Positions 1-9,254 of a DNA stretch of 64,000 nt are shown here, one piece after another. The stretch's first letter is position 1. Each line of letters begins with the position of its first letter. A program made the translations under genes and the position numbers. The stretch spans positions 3,296,001 through 3,360,000 of the forward strand of contig OZ219926.1 of NCBI GenBank assembly GCA_964291405.2, written 5' to 3'. The notes under the pieces are model-generated. The model worked only from the letters and a program-made list of their open reading frames with translations. It did no database searches and had not been told where the DNA came from. The stretch is from Thermodesulfobacteriota bacterium. GTDB lineage: Bacteria; Desulfobacterota; Binatia; Bin18.

Positions 1-606
1 TCCGGGGAACGGGTGTCCGACACGGCCGGACCGTTTACGCTCAGGAACGCCCGTCTGGCCACCACGCCGATTCAGCCCCAGCTACCCATCTATCTTGCGG
101 CGATTGGAAAAAAAGGACTGCGTCTGGCTGGGACGATTGCTGACGGCGTTTTATTGAACGCCTATGTCCCTCCGTCCTATGTCTCCTACGCAGTCGGAGA
201 GATCCGCAGCGCGGCCCAGGAGGCTGGCCGCGATCCCCAATTGATCGATATCGCCTGCATGCTGGTCATCCGACTGACCGACGATCCGCAGCGCCTGCTG
301 CCAACCCTCAAAAAGCGTATCGTCCGCCTGCTCGATGAGGCTTATGTCGGTGAGATCCTGCTCGAAAAGGGGGGATTCGATCCGTCTATCCTCGGGCCGT
401 TACGAGAGTCGTATGCCAAAGATGGCGGTACGGAGGCGATCAAGCTCATTACTGACGAGATGGTGGCGTCTTTTTATCTCATCGGCTCGGAAGAGCACTG
501 CCGCCGGCGGATCGCCGAGTATCGAGCCGCCGGGGTGGACCTGCCGCTCATCCTGCCGCGGCTCGAAGACTATGCGCGTGTAGCGGAAGCCATGCGCGGT
601 GCTTGA
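1..606 (+). CDS. LLM-class flavin-dependent oxidoreductase (5' truncated by window edge)
   Basis: Frame is open from base 1; PIYLAAIGKKGLRLAGTIADG and C-terminal GSEEHCRRRIAEYRAAGVD are typical luciferase-like motifs. Confidence 0.85.
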   Translation, partial: SGERVSDTAGPFTLRNARLATTPIQPQLPIYLAAIGKKGLRLAGTIADGVLLNAYVPPSYVSYAVGEIRSAAQEAGRDPQLIDIACMLVIRLTDDPQRLLPTLKKRIVRLLDEAYVGEILLEKGGFDPSILGPLRESYAKDGGTEAIKLITDEMVASFYLIGSEEHCRRRIAEYRAAGVDLPLILPRLEDYARVAEAMRGA

Positions 607-660
607 AAGAGAAAACGTGTCCTCCGAGAGACATGCAGATGCTGGACACGTTGCCTCTTG
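606..660. repeat. Palindromic element family B, copy 1 (55 bp)
   Basis: AAAGAGAAAACGTGTCC-TCCGAGAGACATGCAGATGCT-GGACACGTTGCCTCTTG; arms and spacer match the copies at 25447, 25972, 47750 and 52268. Confidence 0.8.
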
Positions 661-722
661 AGGCTGAGTAGCCCTGGGTCCGGCCGTCCGATATAAACAG
701 TTCCCTGAAGAAAGGAGTTCCT

Positions 723-1757
723 ATGAAACTTGCAATAGGCATTGGGTATTCCGGTGGCCGGGTCGAGATCCCCCTGGATATGATCCTCAAAGCGGAAAAG
801 CTGGGCTATGACTCCGTCTGGAGTGCGGAGGCCTACGGCTCCGACGCGGTAACGCCGCTGGCCTATCTGGCGGCCAAGACCTCACGGATCAAACTCGGCA
901 CCGGTATTCTCCAGATTCCGGCCCGCACGCCGGCGATGTGCGCCATGACCATGTCAACCCTGGATGCCCTGTCGAACGGCCGGGTGATTGTCGGCTTGGG
1001 GATGTCCGGCCCGCAGGTTATCGAAGGCTGGCACGGCATGTCTTACAGCCGTCCGGCCGCCCGCATTCGCGAGTATGTTGAAATCCTGCACAAGATTTGG
1101 GACCGTCAGGAGCCGGTTTCATTAGACGGCAAGGTGTATCAACTACCCTATCAGGGCGAAGACGCCAGCGGGCTGGGCAAGCCCCTCAAGTCGATCCTGC
1201 ACTCGCGTCGCCTGCCGGTCTACCTGGCAACCATGAAGCCGCTCAGCATCCGTATTACAGCCGAACTGGCCGATGGCTGGCTGCCGATCTGGTTTTCACC
1301 CTATCGCATGGATATGTTTACGTCTGATCTGGAAAAAGGCTTTGCCCGGGCCGGGAACGGCAAGTCGCTGGAGAACTTCGATATCCTGGCCGGTTGTACT
1401 GTGGTGATCGGAGACGACGTCAAAGCCTGCCTGGCCCAACTCAAGCCGACCCTGGCTCTCTACGTCGGTGGTATGGGAGCCAAGGGCCGGAATTTCCATA
1501 ATGAGATGGTCTCGAAGTACGGCTATGCCGACGTGGCGGCCGAGATCCAGGATCTCTATCTGTCCGGCCGGAAAAAAGAGGCGACCGAGTTGGTCCCGGA
1601 TGAGCTGTGCGACGAAATCTCATTGTGCGGCCCGCCGGAGCGGATTCGCGAGCGTTTCAAGGTCTGGGAATCCGCCGGGATTTCAACCATGATGGTGCAG
1701 GCGGGTCAGCCCGAAGCCTTGGCCTTGATGGCGGATATTGCGGGAACAAATCAGTAG
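723..1757 (+). CDS. LLM-class (probably F420-dependent) oxidoreductase
   Basis: GYDSVWSAEAYGSDA, IKLGTGILQIPARTPAMCAMT, GLGMSGPQVIEGWHG; AAGGAG RBS upstream. Confidence 0.9.
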   Translation: MKLAIGIGYSGGRVEIPLDMILKAEKLGYDSVWSAEAYGSDAVTPLAYLAAKTSRIKLGTGILQIPARTPAMCAMTMSTLDALSNGRVIVGLGMSGPQVIEGWHGMSYSRPAARIREYVEILHKIWDRQEPVSLDGKVYQLPYQGEDASGLGKPLKSILHSRRLPVYLATMKPLSIRITAELADGWLPIWFSPYRMDMFTSDLEKGFARAGNGKSLENFDILAGCTVVIGDDVKACLAQLKPTLALYVGGMGAKGRNFHNEMVSKYGYADVAAEIQDLYLSGRKKEATELVPDELCDEISLCGPPERIRERFKVWESAGISTMMVQAGQPEALALMADIAGTNQ

Positions 1758-1786
1758 GTCGAGAAAGCATTTTTCAGGAGCGTAGC

Positions 1787-2674
1787 ATGAGTCAATCTAT
1801 TTCAGCCAATGATCCTTATGAACGGAAACGGGTGGCCGTACTCGACAGTGAGTTGGCCTATGTCGATACCGGTAGCGGCGACCCGGTTGTGTTTCTACAC
1901 GGTAACCCCACCTCTTCGTACTTATGGCGTAACATCATTGCTGAGGTCGAAGGCGGCGCGCGTTGCCTGGCACCCGACCTGATCGGCATGGGCGATTCGG
2001 GCAAGAATCCCGCGGGCTCCTACCGCTTTGTTGACCACGCTCGTTATCTGGACGCCTGGTTTGACGCCGTTGGACTCGATCAACACACGCAGAACGTGAC
2101 CCTGGTTGTCCACGACTGGGGCTCAGCCTTGGGTTTTCACTGGGCCTACCGTCATCAGGACAGCATCAAAGCCCTGGTCTATATGGAGGCCATTGTGTGT
2201 CCCCTGACGTGGGAGACCTTTCCCGAGGCCGCCCGCAAAGTCTTTCAGGGCTTTCGTTCGCCTGCCGGAGAGGAGATGGTGCTCCAGAATAACGTCTTTG
2301 TCGAGCGGGTTCTGCCCGGCAGTGTGGTGCGGAAACTGACCGAAGAAGAAATGGCCGTCTACCGGAAGCCATACACCGAGCCGGGCGAGTCGCGCCGGCC
2401 CACGCTAACTTGGCCGCGCCAGATTCCGATTGAGGGTGAACCGCCCGACGTGGTCGAGATCGTCGAACAATACGGGCAGTGGTTGTCAAGCAGCGACATG
2501 CCCAAACTCTTCGTGAATGCCGACCCTGGGGCGATCCTGACCGGCCCGCAACGCGAGTACTGCCGGACCTGGCCGAATCAAAAAGAAATTACCGTCACGG
2601 GCTCGCACTTTATTCAGGAAGACGCGCCGCAGGAGATCGGGCAGGCCATAGTCGATCTTCTACGAGGACTCTAG
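1787..2674 (+). CDS. Haloalkane dehalogenase (alpha/beta hydrolase, HLD-II/LinB-DhaA-like)
   Basis: HGNPTSSYLWRN, nucleophile motif VHDWG, MEA acid, RRPTLTWPRQIP, GSHFIQED catalytic His; start set to ATG 1787 after AGGAG. Confidence 0.9.
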   Translation: MSQSISANDPYERKRVAVLDSELAYVDTGSGDPVVFLHGNPTSSYLWRNIIAEVEGGARCLAPDLIGMGDSGKNPAGSYRFVDHARYLDAWFDAVGLDQHTQNVTLVVHDWGSALGFHWAYRHQDSIKALVYMEAIVCPLTWETFPEAARKVFQGFRSPAGEEMVLQNNVFVERVLPGSVVRKLTEEEMAVYRKPYTEPGESRRPTLTWPRQIPIEGEPPDVVEIVEQYGQWLSSSDMPKLFVNADPGAILTGPQREYCRTWPNQKEITVTGSHFIQEDAPQEIGQAIVDLLRGL

Positions 2675-2700
2675 CACCGCTTCGTCAGACGGAGGACCGC

Positions 2701-3489
2701 ATGACCTATACCGCCCTTCAATTTGAGAAAAAAGACCAGATCGCCATCATTACCCTGAACCGGCCGGATTCCGCGAACGCGCTCAATATCGATCTGGCGC
2801 GTGATTTGATGCAGGTGTCGCTCGAATGCGACGAAGATGCGGGTATCCGGGCCGCCGTCATGACCGGCAACGGTCGCATGTTCTGTGCTGGTGGAGACCT
2901 GAAAAGCTTTGCCGCCCAGGGCGATCAACTGCCCGCCCATATGAAGGAAGTAACGACCTATCTGCACGGCGCAGTGTCCCGTTTCGCTCGGATGGACGCT
3001 CCGTTGATCGGAGCGGTGAATGGCACGGCTGCAGGAGCGGGCATGAGCCTGGCATGTTCGTGTGACATTGTCTTTGCCGGTGAGTCGGCGAAATTCACCA
3101 TGGCCTATACGCGTGCCGGCCTGACCCCGGACGGATCTTCGACCTATTTCCTGCCGCGTATCGTCGGCATGAAGCGGGCCTTCGAGCTGGCGGTCACCAA
3201 CCGACTGCTGTCAGCCCAGGAAGCCGAAGCCTGGGGCATTGTGAACCGTGTTGTCCCAGACGCGGATTTGCTGGCCGAGGCGGAAAAACTGGCCACTGAG
3301 CTCGCTTCGGGGGCAACCGGCGCGTTCGGTGGCGCCAAACGGCTCCTCCACAGTGGCTGGACGGAAACGCTTGAAACCCAGATGGAAAATGAAACCCAGT
3401 CCATTGCCGCGCGCTCCAAGACCGACGACGGCAAAGAAGGTATTGCGGCCTTCCTGGAGAAACGCGCGCCCCGCTTTAACGGGAAATAG
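2701..3489 (+). CDS. Enoyl-CoA hydratase/isomerase (PaaG-like)
   Basis: ITLNRPDSANAL, FCAGGDLK, AVNGTAAGAGMSLA, EGIAAFLEKRAPRF; GGAGG RBS. Confidence 0.9.
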   Translation: MTYTALQFEKKDQIAIITLNRPDSANALNIDLARDLMQVSLECDEDAGIRAAVMTGNGRMFCAGGDLKSFAAQGDQLPAHMKEVTTYLHGAVSRFARMDAPLIGAVNGTAAGAGMSLACSCDIVFAGESAKFTMAYTRAGLTPDGSSTYFLPRIVGMKRAFELAVTNRLLSAQEAEAWGIVNRVVPDADLLAEAEKLATELASGATGAFGGAKRLLHSGWTETLETQMENETQSIAARSKTDDGKEGIAAFLEKRAPRFNGK

Positions 3490-3525
3490 CCGGGTCTCAA
3501 TCAGGTCCGTGTGAGGATGACGATT

Positions 3526-4518
3526 ATGTCCCAAGCCTACCGTCTCTTTGGTGTCGAGCTGTCGCCCTACTCCTTAAAAGTCCGGGCCTATTTTCGCTAC
3601 AAGAATATTCCGCACGAATGGGTCGCCCGCGATTCCACCAACCAGGAAGAATTCGCACGTTATGCCAAGCTGCCCCTGGTTCCGCTCGTTGTCACCCCGG
3701 ACGGGCAGGGCATGCAGGATTCCACGCCCATCATGGAGCATTTTGAGGAGCTCCAGCCCGAGCCGTCTATTCATCCGAGCGATCCGACCCTGGCCTTCCT
3801 GTCCGCTCTGATCGAAGAGTATGGCGACGAATGGGGTAATAAGCAGATGTTCCACTATCGCTGGACGTATGAGCCTGACCAGAAATCCACGGCTGAGCGC
3901 ATTGCGCGCCTGACCCGGCCTGGGCTGAGTGAGGAGGAATATGCGGCGGCGACCGAGCAAATTCGGACGCGTATGGTCCCGCGCTTGTCTTTCGTCGGCT
4001 CAAGCGAGCGGACCCGGGAGCATATCGAGTCTTCCTTTGATCGTCTGTTGGCACTGCTCGAACCGCACCTCGCGCAACGCATGTATCTGTTCGGTGGCCG
4101 GCCCACGTTTAGCGATTTTGGTCTAGCCGCTCAGCTTCACCAATGCGCCACCGATCCCTCGGCCGGCACGATCATGCGGGCGGTTGCCCCGAACGTACTC
4201 TCCTGGGCGATGCAGATGCTGGACCCCAAGGATGAGGGCGCGTTAGAGACCTGGGCCGACCTGGCCCCAACGCTGAAGCCCATCCTCAAAGAAATCGGTC
4301 AGACCTTTCTGCCCTGGACCGCGGCCAACGCTCAGGCCCTGGCTGCCGGTCAAGAGGCATATTCGGTCATGCTGCGTGGCAAGGAGTACTCCCAGGACAC
4401 GCAGAAATACCACGCTCGGTCGTTTCGCGTTCTCCGGGAACGGTACGCGAAAGTCGAAGAGAAAGCGGCTTTGGACCCCATTCTGGAAGAGGCCGGTTGT
4501 TTACCGTGGTTACAATAA
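3526..4518 (+). CDS. Glutathione S-transferase family protein
   Basis: SPYSLKVRAYFRYK, VPLV, QDSTPI in the N-domain; YLFGGRPTFSDF in the C-domain; start may be 3511, 3517 or 3526. Confidence 0.85.
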   Translation: MSQAYRLFGVELSPYSLKVRAYFRYKNIPHEWVARDSTNQEEFARYAKLPLVPLVVTPDGQGMQDSTPIMEHFEELQPEPSIHPSDPTLAFLSALIEEYGDEWGNKQMFHYRWTYEPDQKSTAERIARLTRPGLSEEEYAAATEQIRTRMVPRLSFVGSSERTREHIESSFDRLLALLEPHLAQRMYLFGGRPTFSDFGLAAQLHQCATDPSAGTIMRAVAPNVLSWAMQMLDPKDEGALETWADLAPTLKPILKEIGQTFLPWTAANAQALAAGQEAYSVMLRGKEYSQDTQKYHARSFRVLRERYAKVEEKAALDPILEEAGCLPWLQ

Positions 4519-4567
4519 TGCGTGCTATCGTACGTTGATTATTCAGAGAGAATAAGGAGAGTCCATC

Positions 4568-5713
4568 GTGTACGGCTTTGAACTGACCCCGGAACAACAA
4601 CAACTCAAAGACACGGTCCACAAGTTTGCCGTTGAGGAAATGATTCCCGTTGCGGCAAAATACGACAAAGAACAGGAGTTCCCGGACGATGTCTGCCGTA
4701 AAGCCTGGGAACTGGGCATCCTTAACCCGCTCGTGCCAACCGAGTACGGCGGCCTGGGGCTTGAGGTGTTTGATACCTGCCTGATCGATGAAGAGATTGT
4801 CTACGGCTGCGCGGGTATGGCGCTCAATATGGTGGCCAATAATCTGGCGACCACGCCACTCCTGGTAGCGGGGAGCGATGAGCAGAAAAAGACCTATCTT
4901 GGCCAACTCATCTCCGAGCCGGTCTACGCCGCCTTCGCCCTGACTGAGCCCGGTGCTGGCTCTGACGCCGCGGCGATCTCAACAACCTATCGTAAAGTCG
5001 GCGATGATTTTGTTCTTAACGGAACAAAACATTTTATCTCCAACGGCTCGGTCGCTCACTGGTATGTGACTTTTGCGACCGAGGATAAAAGCCAGGGCCA
5101 TAGTGCGGTTTCGTGCTTTGTGTTGCCGGCCGACTCCCCCGGCGTGATGGCCAACCGCATGCACGACAAGATGGGCCAGCGGGCGTCAGACACTGCGGAG
5201 ATCGTGTTTGAGGACGTCAAGGTGCCGCGCGCCGGCCTGGTCGGGTCGGAAAGCCAGGGCTTTAAGATCGCCATGCGGACGTTTGACCGTAGCCGACCCG
5301 AAGTGGGCGCCTTTGCAATCGGCATCTCCCAACGTGCGCTGGATGAATCGATCAAATACGCCCAGCAGCGTGAGGCCTTTGGTCAGGCCATCGCCAATTT
5401 CCAGGCCGTCCAGTTCATGCTGGCGGATATGGCGATCGAACTCGAAGCCATGCGCCTCTTGACCTATAAAGCCGCCTGGCTGCTCGACCAGGGAGCGCCC
5501 TCGTCTATTGTTTCCAGCTATGCCAAGGCGTTCGGCGCCGATCGGACCATGCAGATTACTACCAACGCGGTACAGATTTTCGGCGGCTATGGCTATTTCA
5601 GCGAGTATCCGGTGGAAAAGCTGATGCGCGACGCCAAGCTGCTTCAGATTTATGAGGGGACGTCTCAGATTCAGCGGGTGATCATTGCTAAACACTTACT
5701 CAAGGGTGTGTAA
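4568..5713 (+). CDS. Acyl-CoA dehydrogenase
   Basis: FALTEPGAGSDA, LNGTKHFISNG, QIFGGYGY, RDAKLLQIYEGTSQIQR. Confidence 0.95.
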   Translation: MYGFELTPEQQQLKDTVHKFAVEEMIPVAAKYDKEQEFPDDVCRKAWELGILNPLVPTEYGGLGLEVFDTCLIDEEIVYGCAGMALNMVANNLATTPLLVAGSDEQKKTYLGQLISEPVYAAFALTEPGAGSDAAAISTTYRKVGDDFVLNGTKHFISNGSVAHWYVTFATEDKSQGHSAVSCFVLPADSPGVMANRMHDKMGQRASDTAEIVFEDVKVPRAGLVGSESQGFKIAMRTFDRSRPEVGAFAIGISQRALDESIKYAQQREAFGQAIANFQAVQFMLADMAIELEAMRLLTYKAAWLLDQGAPSSIVSSYAKAFGADRTMQITTNAVQIFGGYGYFSEYPVEKLMRDAKLLQIYEGTSQIQRVIIAKHLLKGV

Positions 5714-5741
5714 CGGTCCTGAACCGAGAAGGAGGAATACG

Positions 5742-6398
5742 ATGGCCGAAGAAATGGGAGTCTTTGAAACCATACACTCAATGCGGGCAATGCGGCGGCT
5801 CAAACCCGACCCCGTCCCGACAGAGATGATGCGGAAAATTCTGGATGCCGGGATACGGGCACCCAGCGGGCAGAATCTTCAGGCCTGGGCGTTTGTGGTG
5901 CTCCAGGATCCGGACAACAAGAAGTTTTTCCAGGAACGCTATCATCAGTCTATGCTGGACCGTTTCGGCGACGCCATGAAGGTTGACCCGAGCGACAAAT
6001 CGTCCTGGGCCAAGACCGTCCGGGCCGCGATGCACCTGGCCGAACATATGCACGAAGCGCCCGTCCTGCTGCTGATCTGCGGTAAGCGGGACTGGCCGTT
6101 TTCCGTACCCAAGGAAAAACGCGAGGGCAAAGCCCCGCCGTCCTACGGCTCCATCTATCCCTGTGTGCAGAACATTCTGCTGGCCTGTCGCGCCCTGGGC
6201 CTGGGGGCGAGTCTGACCACCATGCACCAGATGTTTGAGGACGAGTTGCAGGAGCGCCTGGGCATTCCGTTCGAGTATGGGGTGGTGGCCACCATTCCGA
6301 TTGGCTTTCCCTCGGGAAAATTCGGACCGGTCACCCGCCGCCCCGCACCCGAAGTGACCCACTTTGACAAGTGGGGACAGCACGAACCGTCGGCGTAG
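5742..6398 (+). CDS. Nitroreductase family protein
   Basis: RAMRRLKPDPVP, APSGQNLQAWAF, QNILLACRALGLG; GGAGG RBS. Confidence 0.9.
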   Translation: MAEEMGVFETIHSMRAMRRLKPDPVPTEMMRKILDAGIRAPSGQNLQAWAFVVLQDPDNKKFFQERYHQSMLDRFGDAMKVDPSDKSSWAKTVRAAMHLAEHMHEAPVLLLICGKRDWPFSVPKEKREGKAPPSYGSIYPCVQNILLACRALGLGASLTTMHQMFEDELQERLGIPFEYGVVATIPIGFPSGKFGPVTRRPAPEVTHFDKWGQHEPSA

Positions 6399-6429
6399 TC
6401 ATCCACGGCTCTGGTGTTTGTTTTTATGA

Positions 6430-6461
6430 AGGGGCGCGGCGGGCTGCGCCCCTATCTTTTT
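6430..6461 (+). terminator. GC-rich hairpin plus T-run (terminator-like or REP-like)
   Basis: AGGGGCGCGGC-GG-GCTGCGCCCCT followed by ATCTTTTT. Confidence 0.5.
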
Positions 6462-6478
6462 GTAGAAGGAACTCGCGC

Positions 6479-7495
6479 ATGAAATACTCCATGTTTCTTA
6501 CTGCCGCCTCCCACGCCGAAATGGTCGGCTGGGTGAAAAAATATGAAGCTGCGGGATTTGATTCTCTGTGGCAGGCGGAACTGACCAACTCCGCGCTCAT
6601 TCCATTGGCCGGCATCGCGCCTAATGTTCAAACGATAAAAATCGGTGCTGGCGTCGTGCTGGCCTTTAATCACAGCCCGGTGATGCTCGCCTTTCAGGCC
6701 CTGGACCTCGACCTGTTGAGTCAGGGCCGGTTCACGCTCGGCCTGGGAGTCGCCCACCAGCATCGCAATAACAACTGGTACGCTGGACAGGACGCGGGCA
6801 AACCGGTCAGCCAGATGCGGGAGTATATTGAGGTCCTGCATCTCATCATGGACAAAGCCGAGCCCGGTGGTGAGGTGAACTACGAAGGCAAGTTTTACAA
6901 TATCCGTGCCCGTAATTTCTTTCCGCGCCCGACTCCCAAGCACCGGCCACGGGTGCCCATCTATGTTGCCGCGGTCAAACCGCGTATGGCCGCCCTGACG
7001 GGCGAGTTGGGCGACGGCCTCATTGGGAATCCCATGTTCTCGCCGCAGCATGTCCGCGAGAATATCCTGCCGCCGCTCAAAACCGGGCTTGACCGGGCCG
7101 GTCGCAGCCGTTCCGATGTTGAGGTTCTGGGCCAATGCTTTGTGGTCATCGACGATGATCTCGCAACCGCCCACCGGGTCGGCGCGGGAGCCATGCTGTT
7201 CAGCATCTGGGCTCGGATTTACGATGATATCTTTGTCGCGCACGGCTTTGCCGAAACGGTTGAGAAGGTCCGGGCGCTCCAGAAAACGCCAGACAAGGAC
7301 AAGGGCTTTGATCTTATTCCAAATGAAATGGTCGATACCTTTTGCGCGGTCGGCCCGATTGACCGCGTCCGCGCCAAGCTGAACGAGCGCGAAGGGCTGC
7401 TCGACACAACCATTCTCGCTGTCCCCAATACCGGTACAACCCAGGAACAGCGCGACCACTATCGGGATAAAATACTGGAGTCCTTTTCAAGATAA
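6479..7495 (+). CDS. LLM-class flavin-dependent oxidoreductase
   Basis: GFDSLWQAE, DLLSQGRFTLGLG, PIYVAAVKPRMAALTGELGDG. Confidence 0.88.
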   Translation: MKYSMFLTAASHAEMVGWVKKYEAAGFDSLWQAELTNSALIPLAGIAPNVQTIKIGAGVVLAFNHSPVMLAFQALDLDLLSQGRFTLGLGVAHQHRNNNWYAGQDAGKPVSQMREYIEVLHLIMDKAEPGGEVNYEGKFYNIRARNFFPRPTPKHRPRVPIYVAAVKPRMAALTGELGDGLIGNPMFSPQHVRENILPPLKTGLDRAGRSRSDVEVLGQCFVVIDDDLATAHRVGAGAMLFSIWARIYDDIFVAHGFAETVEKVRALQKTPDKDKGFDLIPNEMVDTFCAVGPIDRVRAKLNEREGLLDTTILAVPNTGTTQEQRDHYRDKILESFSR

Positions 7496-7510
7496 ATATC
7501 CTTCCTTAAA

Positions 7511-7550
7511 TCCCCTCCTCGGAGGGGTGGCCCGAAGGGCCGGGGTGGGT
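7511..7550 (+). repeat. 40-bp REP-like element family A, copy 1
   Basis: TCCCCTCCTCGGAGGGG-TG-GCCCGAAGGGC-CGGGGTGGGT; six copies in the window. Confidence 0.9.
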
Positions 7551-7584
7551 TTCCCCCTCCGCACACCCAAAGGAGAGCAAACAC

Positions 7585-8340
7585 ATGAGCACATATACCA
7601 AGGTCGCCCTCATTACCGGGGCAGGTACCGGAATTGGGAAAGCGAGTGCCCTGGCGCTTATTCGGGAAGGATATGCCGTTGTCCTGGCTGGGCGACGGAC
7701 CGAGCTGTTGGAAGCAACGACAGAAGAGGCAGGCAGTGAGGCAAAGACGCTTGTGGTACCAACCGATGTCAGTGACCCTGACGCTACTCGTGCCCTGTTT
7801 GCCACAACAAAAGCGACCTTTGGCCGACTTGACGTGTTATTCAACAACGCGGGCATTGGTGCCCCGCCCGTCCCCTTGGAAGAACTATCCTATGAACAGT
7901 GGAAAGCCGTTGTAGACCTGAATCTGACCGGCGCGTTTATCTGCACCCAGGAAGCCTTCAAGATCATGAAAGACCAGGACCCACGGGGAGGTCGCATCAT
8001 CAACAACGGCTCCATCTCGGCCCATGTGCCCCGACCCAATTCCGCGCCCTACACCTCGACCAAGCACGCCATGACCGGCCTGACCAGATCGACCTCACTC
8101 GACGGACGCAAATACGACATTGCCTGCGGCCAAATCGATATCGGTAACGCCGAAACCGACATGACCGCGGTCATGAAACGTGGTGTACCGCAACCGAACG
8201 GCTCCGTCGCAGCCGAACCGACCTTCGATGTCGAACACGTCGCCCAGGCGGTCGTATACATGGCCAACCTACCGCTCGACGCCAACGTGCAGTTCATGAC
8301 CGTCATGGCCACCAAAATGCCGTTTATCGGGCGGGGGTAG
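7585..8340 (+). CDS. Short-chain dehydrogenase/reductase
   Basis: [17 protein letters not shown] catalytic motif; AAGGAG RBS. Confidence 0.93.
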   Translation: MSTYTKVALITGAGTGIGKASALALIREGYAVVLAGRRTELLEATTEEAGSEAKTLVVPTDVSDPDATRALFATTKATFGRLDVLFNNAGIGAPPVPLEELSYEQWKAVVDLNLTGAFICTQEAFKIMKDQDPRGGRIINNGSISAHVPRPNSAPYTSTKHAMTGLTRSTSLDGRKYDIACGQIDIGNAETDMTAVMKRGVPQPNGSVAAEPTFDVEHVAQAVVYMANLPLDANVQFMTVMATKMPFIGRG

Positions 8341-8372
8341 GCTGAATCGTCTGGTATCCGCACTGCAACAAT

Positions 8373-8412
8373 TCCCCTCCTTGGAGGGGTGCCGCGTAGC
8401 GGCGGGGTGGGT
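8373..8412 (+). repeat. Family A element, copy 2
   Basis: TCCCCTCCTTGGAGGGG-TG-CCGCGTAGCGG-CGGGGTGGGT. Confidence 0.9.
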
Positions 8413-8531
8413 TTCCCTACGTACCGCACCGGAGTGAAGCAATAAATGAGAAGACGATGAGCAGTAAGGGGAAAGGCGAAATCCCCATCTATTGAAACCA
8501 AGGAAGATCATTCCTAACGCACTCACCGCTC

Positions 8532-8810
8532 ATGATACGCTCCTTTGCCGATAAGGAAACCGAAAATCTGTTTCATTCGGAGAAAAGCCGCCGCTTTGCA
8601 ACGATCTCGCGGGTTGCCCTGAGAAAACTCATTCAAATGAATCAGGCCCGCACCCTCAGCGACCTAGCCGTTCCGCCCGGCAATCGCTTGGAAGGGCTCC
8701 GGGGAACACTCTCGGGCTTTCATTCTATTCGCATCAATGATCAGTGGCGCATTATCTTCCGCTGGAGGGATTCCGGGCCGGAACAGGTCCGCATCATCGA
8801 TTACCATTGA
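8532..8810 (+). CDS. higB: HigB/RelE-family toxin
   Basis: [36 protein letters not shown], terminal IDYH. Confidence 0.92.
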   Translation: MIRSFADKETENLFHSEKSRRFATISRVALRKLIQMNQARTLSDLAVPPGNRLEGLRGTLSGFHSIRINDQWRIIFRWRDSGPEQVRIIDYH

Positions 8811-8841
8811 CAAAACCCCTATAACGTTACACGGTATAGAA

Positions 8842-9141
8842 ATGCAAAACTCTATCACACCCGGCGAGATTCTTCTGGAGGAATACCTCAAGCCCATGGG
8901 TATTTCGCAGAACGCTATGGCTCGTGCGATCGGGGTTGCCCCGCGAGCCATCAACGAAATTGTTCACAGCAAACGCTCCATTACGCCGGCAATGTCCATA
9001 CGCTTTGGTGCGTTCTTCGGTCAGTCCGACGAGTTCTGGCACGGCCTTCAGGTCGAATGCGATTTTCGCGCCCTGGCCAAGAAAAGAAAAAGGCTGATTG
9101 CCCGCATCCAGCCGGCGTCAACCGTGAGTCATGTATCCTGA
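8842..9141 (+). CDS. higA: HigA-family antitoxin (HTH)
   Basis: [45 protein letters not shown]; lies downstream of the toxin as expected for higBA. Confidence 0.92.
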   Translation: MQNSITPGEILLEEYLKPMGISQNAMARAIGVAPRAINEIVHSKRSITPAMSIRFGAFFGQSDEFWHGLQVECDFRALAKKRKRLIARIQPASTVSHVS

Positions 9142-9254
9142 CTCCCTCTGCTACGATCGCAGTCATCAATATCTCTGAGTATAGGCTTTGACTCCTAGCG
9201 GTCGCTCAGGGTCTGTTTCTGTCCTATTCCTTTAAAGGTAAGAGGGAGGCATAT

